A stretch of DNA of 63,931 nt, counting the filler, from Octopus bimaculoides (Eukaryota), in assembly GCF_001194135.2 (NCBI RefSeq). It is 7 parts of 7 records of this genome, joined end to end, with 100 filler letters (N's around TTAATTAATTAA, not from the genome) between each part and the next. Parts side by side here need not be neighbours in the genome. Positions count along the whole stretch, not along the records: positions 41,358 to 54,634 come from NC_068982.1; positions 54,735 to 61,651 come from NC_068998.1; positions 61,752 to 63,931 come from NC_068988.1; 4 more parts are not named here. One strand, given 5' to 3'. Positions 53,600 to 63,931 of the stretch are shown here, piece by piece; position 1 is the stretch's first letter, and each line of letters starts with the position of its first letter. The translations under genes and the position numbers were made by a program. The notes beneath the pieces are model-generated. The model ran no database searches. It saw only the letters and a program-made list of their open reading frames with translations, and was not told the origin of the DNA.

Positions 53600-54500
53600 C
53601 CGCGATCGGATCTAATTCGTTACAATACTGATGACTTTCGCTGGCATTTCAAAAGTGTTGCATGCAAGTTACCAGCATGTGGTGAAAAATATCCTTGTTT
53701 CAAACAGATATTTCCTCAGCCGCCTATTGTAGCCTTTAGATGGAATAAGAATATAAGAGAATTATTGACCTCTATTTGTGACTCCAAGAAAACTAACATT
53801 GGAGTATCTACACGCTATACCTTGAAAAACAGCCGCATGAGATGTGAGCCCTGTTCATTGTACAACAACATGAGTCAAGTGAATTCCATCAGGAATCATA
53901 ACAGAAATGTTATGATTTATACAGAAGGTGGGATATGTGGAGATTCCCATTTGGCGTACGCGGCAGAATGCACGAAACACAACTTGATTTATGTTGGTTG
54001 TATAACAGAACAATTAAACAAAAGATTTAATGACACAGATATGACGTCAGACGCAACAACAGCAGTTCGACGGAACTTGTCGAGCATTTTGCTTCAAACG
54101 GCTACACTTTTGAAAAAGACTTCAAAGTGCATATTCTCAGAAAATATTCTGAATCTGCTTCACTTTTGCTTCTCAAAATGCATGAGATTGAATTAAAAGA
54201 CAGGAGAATATCATCAAATTTATACAAAACTGTTCGATAAAAATATTCCTTTTTTCTTTTCTTTCTTCTCTCCTCTTTCTTTCTATCTTTTTTTTTCTGT
54301 CTTTTTCTGTTAGATAATTAAAACTTAAAGACTGATGATGTCATTCCATCAACGTGTGGGCGCTGGTTGCTCTCGTTCATATTTAAATTTCTATAAATTT
54401 GAATTTTTATGACTTCTTATTTTGAACTCAACAAAGAGACAGGCTTACTGTCGAAATATTGTTCAAACAATAAAATATCTATTACAATCGAATCGCGCTA
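53600..54500 (+). mobile_element. Penelope-like element remnant (linker + GIY-YIG + 3' region)
   Basis: FKQIFPQPPIVAFRWNKNIRELL...CEPC...AAECTKHNLIYVGCITEQLNKRFN, frameshifted afterwards. Confidence 0.8.
54421..54467 (+). ncRNA. Degenerate minimal hammerhead-like fold at the 3' end of a Penelope-like remnant
   Basis: Stem I TTTGAAC/GTTCAAA, stem II GACAG/CTGTC, then GAAA and palindromic ATAT. The CUGANGA box is decayed (TCAACAAAGA). Confidence 0.4.
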
Positions 54501-54550
54501 TTCGTCTTGACTGTTTACCTTTGTGAATAGTTACGTGAATCCTTTTAAAA

Positions 54551-54634
<84 letters not shown>

Positions 54635-54734
54635 NNNNNNNNNNNNNNNNNNNNNNNNNNNNNNNNNNNNNNNNNNNNTTAATTAATTAANNNNNNNNNN
54701 NNNNNNNNNNNNNNNNNNNNNNNNNNNNNNNNNN

Positions 54735-54945
54735 AAATACATAACAAAAACACCAGGACTTACAAGTATATATAACATACAGAAAATTGCACAGCTGGGC
54801 ACTGCACACATCCTGCGCAAAACATTTTCAATACGGTAACCATAAGAGCATCACAGCAAACCACAGCACATACCCAAAGCACAAAGAGCTGCGCCCGGTA
54901 GTGAAGTGAAAGCACGCTATAAAAATAAAACTACTGAATAATAAT
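54735..54945 (+). mobile_element. R4/Dong-type RLE LINE 3' tail
   Basis: Reverse complement of the tails at 5531 and 51687, ending aaaactactg(aat)n. Confidence 0.85.
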
Positions 54946-55011
54946 AATAACAACAACAACAACATCGAAAAATACCTTAGGAATAAGAATCCAGGTTCGA
55001 GATTTCCCCAA

Positions 55012-55057
55012 GACACCTGATGAAGGCTGGAAAGTATATCAGCCGAAACTTTGTGTT
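55012..55057 (+). ncRNA. Minimal type-I hammerhead ribozyme-like motif (probably inactive in this copy)
   Basis: GACAC-CTGATGA-a-GGCTG(loop)CAGCC-GAAAC-ttt-GTGTT: stem I, stem II and both core boxes are present. T at 55050 replaces the G needed for GAAACGUH. Confidence 0.55.
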
Positions 55058-56264
55058 AACAACAAACAAGATGAGGACAAATATCCATCAAATGTAAATA
55101 ATGTAAAGAATGAGGTTCATTCTGTTTTCTATCATTCATATATTTATATAAAGTCTTTAGATACTCTGGGCTTCCTGATGTATGTCCAGTCGCAAGATCA
55201 TTTCCACTGTATGATGACATCAGGTAACCAATAACTGCGGACTAGCTCTGCATAGCATACTACCTGAATCTTATTTAACACATTGTACACGCGCTCACAC
55301 GCACATATATATATACATATGTATATCGTGTGTGTGTGTGCGTGTGTGTGTGCGCGTGCGCACGAGTGTGTATGCGCGCGCGAGTGTGCGTGTGTGTGTT
55401 GATGGATGGATGCACGTTTCTGCGTGATAGATAATGTTTCTCTACTGCACTGGCATCGCTGGCTAAAATTCTCTATTTCCATGTATTGTCAAAACGATAA
55501 ACATTTCTATATAGCGTGAGAAGGTGACATTACTTGTGTTCATAGCTCCCTCCTTCATTGCTGGGTTTGAGAAAATTGATAGCATTCACCTTGATATTGT
55601 CCAAATCGATATCTGAAAAGAACATATGGACAGAGTGGAAGACACAACAATTGAGCGCACTAAGTATGAATGATTTGTTCCTTTTATATAAGTATATAAG
55701 TAGAACTAGAACCAAACAGCAACCATTTGAAATAATCTGTCTGTCAAGTGATATCAAAATATATGTTATATTAAGATGGTGATTGTAAAATATCTTTAAC
55801 ATAATTCTAAATCTAGGTTATTAATATCTGATGGAATTGCGATTGAGAATAATCTGCATTTTCATTAGCAACACATTTTGCTTTATATGCAATCAATTAA
55901 CTACTGAACCGCTAATTAATATCACAAATGAAAAACCAATGATTATATTTTAAGTTCAATCCCAGTAAGCGATATTGACCTCATACACGATTGTTTTATC
56001 ATATCAATCCCCAACAGTATCCCCTGGTAGAAAAATAATCCATATTAATTATATCTAACAGAAGGTCAAGTCACCAAAGTACTGCCATGATATCTGTTCG
56101 CCAATGTCGCATTACTACGTCTTAAAAGAATCGAATAATTATCTGTTCTACAGAAAACAACCACCCAACTAAAATATATACAAATAATAATTTGTTTTGT
56201 AATTAGTAATGATAAATATATATTCCCAAATTTAAAGTATATAAACATGCCTATACACAGGTAT

Positions 56265-56421
56265 AGGAGTGGCTGTGTGGTAAAAAGCTTGCCGGCCAAC
56301 CACATGGTTCCGGGTTCAGTCCCACTGCGTGGCACCACAGACAAGTGTCTTCTAGTATAGCCTTGAGCCAACCAAAGCCTTGTGAGTAGATCTAGTAGAC
56401 GGAAACTCAACGAAGCCCGTC

Positions 56422-56461
<40 letters not shown>

Positions 56462-56612
56462 CTGTGTTTGTTCCCCCGCCAAAGTACAAACACAGAAACC
56501 GTTAGAATAAGTACAAGGCTTACAAAGTATAAGTCCTGGGGTTGATTTGTTCGACTAAAGCAGTGCCCCAGCACGGCCGCAGTCAAATGACTGAAAGAAG
56601 TAAAAGAATAAA
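56265..56612 (+). mobile_element. Full-length tRNA-derived SINE with internal (GT)n
   Basis: Head ggagtggctgtgtggtaa...ggttcagtcc, central (TG)n and 3' part ending gtcaaatgactgaaagaagtaaaaga. Confidence 0.85.
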
Positions 56613-56789
56613 GAATACATGTATACACACATATTCACATGCATATACACTCAACCAAAAATAGTCATGCTTCCATGTGCACATACTTGTATATATGAAG
56701 TGTGCGCGCGCGCACACACAAGCATATGTGTAAATATATGTTACATGGACGGACGGACGGATGGATGGATGGAAGATAGGAACAGTAGC

Positions 56790-58300
56790 AAAACCTTGGC
56801 ATGAGAATGGTATAATCCTCATTTATAAGAGAAAAGGAGCACGAGATAAATGTGGATATTCAAAAGGAATCACACTCGTATGCTTTGCCGGCAAAATACT
56901 TTCTGAGGTTCTCCTTGCACAGTTAAACGATAAAGATTTGCCGAACGTTCTCCCAGAACCTCAATGTGGTTTCAAACTGAATAAAGGGACAATGGATATG
57001 ATTTTTCCTGCACGTCAGATGCAAGAAAATGTCGAGAGCAAAATCTATATGTAGTCCAAGATCTTTGTTGATTTAACAAAGGCCTTTGATATAGTGGATA
57101 GGCATGCACTATGGGAGGTTTTGCGTAAGCTGCTCAATACATTTCGTGAATAAAATAAGATTTTTTCATGGTGACATAGATGCATTTAAAGTTGGAGGTG
57201 TTCTCTCAGAATCTCTTTAAGTGGAAAATGGAGTGAAGCAAGGAGATATTCTAGGACCGACGTTATTTTCTCTATGCTTTTCGGTTGTTTGCCAATGCGT
57301 TCAAACATTGCAGAGAGTGTGTATATATTCATTTTAGAAGCACTGGTAAACTATTTCCTTTGAAAACGTTCTTAGCAAAAACAAAGATGCGTACATTTCT
57401 AACAAGCGATTTATTGTATGCAGGTGACTGTAATCCGGTAACACATTCAGTCGGCGTCATGCAGTACATACAGCTTAAATTTGATGGATCCTGTATGGCC
57501 TTTTGGGCTAACAATAAGCTTAGATGAAAATGTTGTTATGTTTCAACCAGCTTCTAACTCATATTATTGTCCTTTGATTTTTTGAACTTGTAGATAAATT
57601 TACATATCTTGGAACTGTACTGAATCATGTTTATTCTTTCGATGATGAATTAATTAACCGTCTTCAAAAAGCGTCTAGGGCGAGTTTGGTTAAATAGAGA
57701 TATTACAAAAACAAGGAAATTAGTTTACAGGTCTTCTGTGCTTTCATCCCTTCTTTACTCATGAGACATGGCTAGTATGTAAGAAGCACCTCGAATTACT
57801 AGAGCAATTTTATCAGCGATATTTGCAATCTATACTCAAAATCAAAAGGGTGTACAAAGCGTCGGATTCTTAGACACTTGAGTATGCTGCTGTGGATTAC
57901 ATTGAAACTGAAATTCATCGACACAAGTAGCTTTCTAAAGAATTTCAAAATGATGCATACAAACTGGGAGAATGGTGCAATGGACCGACCAAAATGGGGA
58001 GAAAAATCTGAGAAGATAATAAGCAGAAATATACACTTATAAAATGAGAGGCAAGAAAGGATTTGTCTGTAGCCAATGATCCCTTTCTTCAAACTTGTGA
58101 TACATGCAACTTTATTTATCTCTCCCAAGCTGGATTGGTTAGGCAAAAACAGAAGCATTTATTTAGACCTCCTACTGACTTTTCACACTCACTCTTCTGT
58201 TTGCAATAAGAACTGCAGAAGTAGATCTGGGTTGACAAGGCACATGAAGTGTCACAATAACAATTTCCAGCAGTCTTTACAGCAAAATCAAACATTTTGA
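56790..58300 (+). mobile_element. Decayed RTE LINE (RT region to C-terminal zinc motif)
   Basis: IYKRKGARDKCGYSKGITLV..AGKILS..LPEPQCGFKLNKGTMDMIFPARQMQE, then FVDLTKAFD, GVKQGDILGPTLFS and C-terminal CNKNCRSRSGLTRHMKCH. Multiple stops. Confidence 0.9.
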
Positions 58301-58559
58301 TGTCATCAGTTTGGAAAATTTTATGACTAAAGAATCATTTCAGATTACATAAAACGTAGACTATCTCTAACTATCTAGTAAATTTTAACTGTATATATTC
58401 AACTCCATGTTACTTGCGAGTTTGTGTGTTGTTTAGTTTTTCACTAGTTCGGTGCCTGTGTATATGTACTCTGAAAATGCAGGTGTTCAGAAGAGCTATA
58501 CTCGATTAATGAGTAACAACCATTGTCATACATACGCATGTTTTCTGATTTATAAATGC

Positions 58560-58705
58560 ATATCCTTTTCTACGCTAAGCCCAAGGCCCGAACTTTTGGG
58601 GGAGGGAGCCAGTGGATTAGATCGACTCCAGTACGTAACTGGTACGTAATTTATCGACACCAAAAGGATGAAAGGCAAAGTCTACCTCGGCGGAACTTGA
58701 GCTAA
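58560..58705 (-). mobile_element. SINE (same family as 3292), truncated
   Basis: caaggcccgaacttttggggga..gatcgactccagtacg..aggatgaaaggcaaagtc. Confidence 0.8.
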
Positions 58706-59149
58706 GAACTTAGGTTACTCAGAGAAAGAAAAGTAGTTGCAATAAATTTTAGAGCTACTTCGAAATAAAAGGCAGCTGCAAACATAATAGACAGAGGGCC
58801 TTCATGGAGAAAGCAATGATCATAACCTTTACAGGTTCTGCACTTCAAAAGTCAATAGATAAAAGTTTGTGACCATAATCTATAGTGATCATCCAAAGGA
58901 TAGATATAGGAAAAGTGGCCATGATATTTGAGGTGAAGTACTTCAAAAGTCGATGGAAAAATGGTTTTGACCATAAAAAAATGCTGGAAGTGAAATAATG
59001 ATGATTACATTTAGAAGTCTTCAAGACAGGTCCGATTAATTGAAATTGAAGCTCAACATAAAATTACTTGTCTAAGTTTGCTCAAAAAGGTTAGGATTGG
59101 AAGAAACTCCAGAGGATTGGTCACAGGAACGAAGGACTGAATTGATTTT

Positions 59150-59800
59150 TTAGAGTAGAATGTGGGTGATAATAGTCTGGTGCGTCGTGTATCATGTATT
59201 TCATTATAGATAGTTCACTGGAAAGAGCAACTTCGCTGACTTATAGTTGTTTCAGACTCTATTGCTATCTTGCACCTCCCTTTCTCGCTGACATTTTTAG
59301 CTCCACGAGAAAGAAAGAGATTTTGTAGCCCTTCTTGCCACCAATGGAAAAGCTGGGCTTTTGCTGTTTCACCAGTTAAATCGCTATTCGTTCTGCACTT
59401 CCGATTAACTCCAGCGTGTCTTTTTAATCTTAAGCATAAACCGCTTGATAATATATCGTGTCTAGTCACTTGGCTGCGCACCATATATCTTTTCTGAGCT
59501 GTAATGTGGTATCAAATCAAAAGCCAACGTCACCACCAATTTCTTTCGCTAAATTTCTTTCGAATAGTGCATGTACAGCAACACTAGATTATAAGCAGGT
59601 GCGTAAGTCATACACCTGCTTAGGGTTTCTTGTTAACAAGAAAATATTTCCTATAACATCTTTTTGGTTGCTGGAATGCATATCGGTCCTCGCATCTGTC
59701 AGAACTTCATTTATCTACTCCTCTGAAAACACGTTGAAATATCATTCTTTCTCGGGAGGCAGGAATGCAGATGTTTTGTGCTCTAAATTATTTATGTTTT
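59150..59800 (-). mobile_element. Possible MULE (Mutator-like) transposase remnant
   Basis: Minus strand has RNPKQVYD and FDTTLQL..IYMV..VTRH, resembling the PRNxxQVxN and DxTFNLGxFYVT motifs. Heavily disrupted. Confidence 0.35.
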
Positions 59801-60264
59801 AGGGAGACCCAACTCATGTTAAATACTTCTCTTTGATTGGTAGCACTAGCAAATCTTGTGTTGATACTGTCTACTATGCGAAACTTTTGAGAGGGTGACA
59901 GCGGCAACTGTGGGGATTTCGTTACTTGCTCTTCAGCAAGAATAGTTTAGCAGACTGATGTGTCTGCTAATAAAGTAAGCAAAACGATAGACAAATCTAT
60001 TTCCTAAAACCAATACTTTCTTCTTTAAATCACAAGTGCCCATTTTAAAATTATTTTTCAAAGATACTTAACATAAGAAACTTCAGCGGGCATAAAACTG
60101 TTCCACAGTCAAACAAAGTTGACCTGTGCAGTGATTGCCAAGTCACCTCCCGAAAACAATGGTACTAAATTTGGACAGCTGATGTCACCAAAACTAAACA
60201 AAGTATGGTGAAACAATAAAAATCTACTAGCAAGAAATTTTGGTTTTACATTTTTGACACAAGG

Positions 60265-61090
60265 CTAGCAATTTCAGGAGAAGAGGCAAGTCGACTACAT
60301 CCACACTTGTGCTTGACTGGTACTTATTTTTATCGACTCCGAAAGGATGAAAGGCAAAGTCGACTTCGGTGGAATGTGAACTCAAAACGTAAAGGCAAAC
60401 GAAACGCTACTAAACATTTTGCTCGGTATGCTAACGATTCAGCCAGCTCGCCGCTTATTTGCAAGGAATATTCTTTTCTTCTCTAGGCACAAGGCCCGAA
60501 ATTTGTGGGGAGGGGTCAGTCGATTAGATCGATCTCGATATGCAGCTGGTACTTAATTTATCGACTCCGAAATGCAAAGTCGACCTTGGCGGAATTTGAA
60601 CTCAGAACATAAAGACGGAAGAAATACCGACAAGCATTTCACCCGGCGTGCTAACGTTTCTTATTTCTTTATTGCCCACAAGGGGCTAAACATAGAGGAG
60701 ACAAACAAGGACAGACAAAGGGATTAAGTCGATTACATCGACCCGAGCGCGTAACTGGTACTTAATTTATCGACCGTGAAAGGATGAAAAGCAAAGTCGA
60801 CCTCGGCGCAATTTGAACTCAGAACGTAACGGCAGACGAAATACCGAAAAGCATTTCGCCCGGCGTGCTAACCACTCTGCCAGCTTGTCGCCTTACTTGC
60901 AAGGAATATTAAGATGGCTCTCGTGTCTCTGAAGCCCAAAATTTGAAGGCGATAACACTGACACGGTATTTCACTTGGTGGTTTATTCTATTAACCCCAG
61001 GAGAATAAAAAGCTAAGCAGACTTCCATAGGATTTGAATTTAGAACGTAGTCAGACCAAATATCACAAGGCAGATTTCGACGATCTACCA
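60265..61090. mobile_element. Pile-up of at least four SINE copies
   Basis: Three minus-strand copies (about 60265-60454, 60473-60660 and 60661-60892) plus a degenerate plus-strand copy at about 60930-61090. An 18-bp direct repeat lies at 60455-60472 and 60893-60910. Confidence 0.85.
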
Positions 61091-62057
61091 AATAAATTAA
61101 TAAAACTAGCAATTTTTGTTTGAAAAAAATTATTTTATTTCATGTTGAAGACATCATCTTGTTTCTAATATTTGTGATATAATAATTTCATCTTTATGTA
61201 CTTTAAAAGAAAAATATGTTGCTATTTGAAACTTCACTAACGATGTCTCCATATACTGAAAAGCAGCTTGGATATGAAGGAAAATCTAAGAGAAAGAATA
61301 ATATTGGTGAAAACAAGTATAAAATTGTGATTTAGAAAAACCGAGACGAACTTAATCTAGACGTGACTAAAAACGTTTAATGTCAAAAGGTCAAACACCA
61401 AATGTGAAGTAGACTCACAGAAACATAATTCCATAAAAAGAAACCTGAGGCTTATAAAATCTCACCAGTAAACCACTTTTCAAAAGAGCTGTGAAAATAT
61501 GTCAACTACCAATTCACAAGCAAAACATGGTGGTACTTCAAGAAATAAACTAGAAGTGAGTATAAGAGATTCTGTGCGTATTTAGATGGCCAAAAATGTC
61601 TGTTGCACTAAGTAATATATGCAAACATATTATATCTATCTATCTATCTATNNNNNNNNNNNNNNNNNNNNNNNNNNNNNNNNNNNNNNNNNNNNTTAAT
61701 TAATTAANNNNNNNNNNNNNNNNNNNNNNNNNNNNNNNNNNNNNNNNNNNNGAGGAGGAGGAGGAGGAGGAAGAAGAAGAAGAAAAGGAGGAAGAAGAAG
61801 AAGAAAAGGAGGAGGAGGAGGTAGTGGCTGTGTTAATGATCGTAAGAATAACGTAGTACGGTGCTTCGTAAAGATGGTATTGGTGGTGAGGATAGTACTG
61901 CAGATGGCGCTGGTAGTCGTATTAGCGAGATGATGGGAAGGTTTCATTTGTGGTGGTAGTGGTGGGACATCTGGCGGTGGCAATATGCAACACAATATGT
62001 GTGTATTCACGTGTCTTATTGTGTATCTGTATGTCAGTATGTGTGTGTATCCATCCA

Positions 62058-62095
<38 letters not shown>

Positions 62096-62699
62096 TATGT
62101 GTGCGTGTTTGTAAGCGTAAGCGCTAATGTGTTTGTGTAACTTTACGTTTGTTTTTAATCATGAATGCGTACGAATGCGATATCGATCACCGATATTCGT
62201 ATAGATTCCAAGGAATGAATGGGTGGTTGAAAAGATGAATGCATGAATTGTTTCAATTGTTGTTGTTGCTGCTACAGCTGCTAGTGTTGTTGCTGTGGAG
62301 AACTCCACAATAAATGCACACTCCAAAGCAAGACAGATCGAGCACACCTGTGATCAGAGGTATTTTAACAGCAACCCTATAGAGATCACTGTCTTACCTG
62401 TCTGTCTATTTAACTATCTATCTATTTATCAATCTATCTATCTATTTATTTATCTATCAATCTATTTCTCTCCCTCCCCCCTCTCTCTCTCTATCTATCT
62501 CTATCTGTCTATATATAGATTTATCTATCTATCGATCTATCTATCTTTCTACCTACCTACCAGTCTGTCTATCTATTTATCTATCTCCCTTTTTATCCAT
62601 CTATCTATCTGTATGTGTGAAAGGTACAACAGCTTTCCTCTCGTTGGTTCAGAATTACTAGAGACAAACAGAAGCTGACCGAACTTCAGTTTTTTTTAT

Positions 62700-63560
62700 C
62701 AGAGTATCCTTCTCTAAACAGATATTCTAACAATAAGATAGAGATCCATTACTCTCAGGTGGTCTTTGGAAACACTCACTTACCATCACAAGTATTCCTA
62801 CGTCTCCGCATACATGCTTGCATACATAATACGTACAGAATGTTTGGGCTGAATTAGACGAATTTTTTGTCGCCTGTTTCGAGAAATGCTTGATATATTG
62901 GTGAACAATCAACGGTGTTTGAGGGCAGAAAGATAAACGTTGTAGATGGAAAATAAAGCTGACATGGAGGATTGTAATCCACCTGAATTGGAAAAAAGTT
63001 ACTGAATCATGACAATTGGCGCCGGTTGTCAAAATGCCGACATCATGATTGTTGCTCAATACTCAGTGAATACCGCAAAGGTTGTAGGATCTGTCATAGA
63101 CACTGGCAACGGAGAGTACAAAGCCGTATCCAACAGGAAGGGGAACAGTACGCAATCTAAGTGCGCCCGCATGCCAGAATGCATGGCCCCGTCTAGGATC
63201 AGGACTTCCGGTTCAATTCAGACATTTATGAGAAGCTGCTGGAGACTGTGGGCAATGCATGGCCAGAGAGGGTTAAAAGGATTCGGTCCCTTGCCAAACC
63301 TACAGAGAGAGTCAGAAGTGAACGTCGGAGAATTGCAGTTCCCAGGTTTTGACCTCTTAATTCCTCCTATTACAATTCCATGGATTATTATGCATGGGTT
63401 GCGATTGAGAAAAACACCAACCGTTTTATTTGAGTCATGAAGGCCGAGCTGGTGGCCAAGATCAAAGGGGTATTCGAAGATCTTCCCAAGGACACAGCGG
63501 GGAACGTGTGCAACAGGTTCTGCAGCCGTCTTGACGCTGCGGTAGAAGCTGGGGACAGTT
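62700..63560 (+). mobile_element. Decayed Tc1/mariner-superfamily transposase (maT/DD37D-like)
   Basis: N-terminal IGAGCQNADIMIVAQYSVNT..., then NSMDYYAW resembling SPDxNPxDYxxW, and C-terminal KAELVAKIKGVFEDLPKDTAGNVCNRFCSRLDAAVEAG. Internally deleted and frameshifted. Confidence 0.65.
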
Positions 63561-63764
63561 TTTTTTTTTTTTTTTTCAAATTTTTAAAATACACTGACAA
63601 CAGACTGACGTTCACAGAAACAGCAAATATATCAAGCAGCCCTTATATATACCTACTTGTATACTGGCTCAGATACAAACATAAGCTATATAGAAAGAGA
63701 GTAAAAGAGGGCGATACAAATATATAGACATTACGTAGCAAGGTCAAGATATTGAATAGACACA

Positions 63765-63931
<167 letters not shown>

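Noticed and set aside
3292-61090. Recurrent short motif (aggatgaaaggcaaagtc) that might suggest a CRISPR-like or functional array
   Set aside because: The copies are dispersed, irregularly spaced SINEs in a eukaryotic genome, with no repeat-spacer regularity.

Overview
AT-rich, microsatellite-dense eukaryotic DNA with many scaffold gaps. The SINE and LINE families and simple-repeat load point to an octopus (cephalopod) genome; that taxonomy is inference. Almost every ORF in the supplied track is a microsatellite, gap or transposon artefact. The window reads as large introns packed with decayed mobile DNA: RTE LINEs, R4/Dong-type RLE LINE 3' ends abutting (TAA)n, three Penelope-like GIY-YIG remnants, mariner and Tc1-like remnants, a TTAA piggyBac-type MITE, a possible MULE and many tRNA-derived SINEs. 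The best host-gene signal is absent from the ORF track: two frame-compatible + strand exons (34376-34440, 35032-35169). They encode a Pro/Tyr-rich segment with a PPxY motif, two SUMO consensus sites and a basic NLS-like stretch, and I cannot name the gene. Other notable signals are two minimal hammerhead-ribozyme-like folds near a Penelope remnant, a 24-bp fold-back at the 5' end of a Dong-like LINE, a tandemly amplified MITE, an internally inverted mariner and a filled/empty SINE site pair. I found no clearly novel multi-gene system. Repeat boundaries are approximate unless a TSD or TIR is cited.
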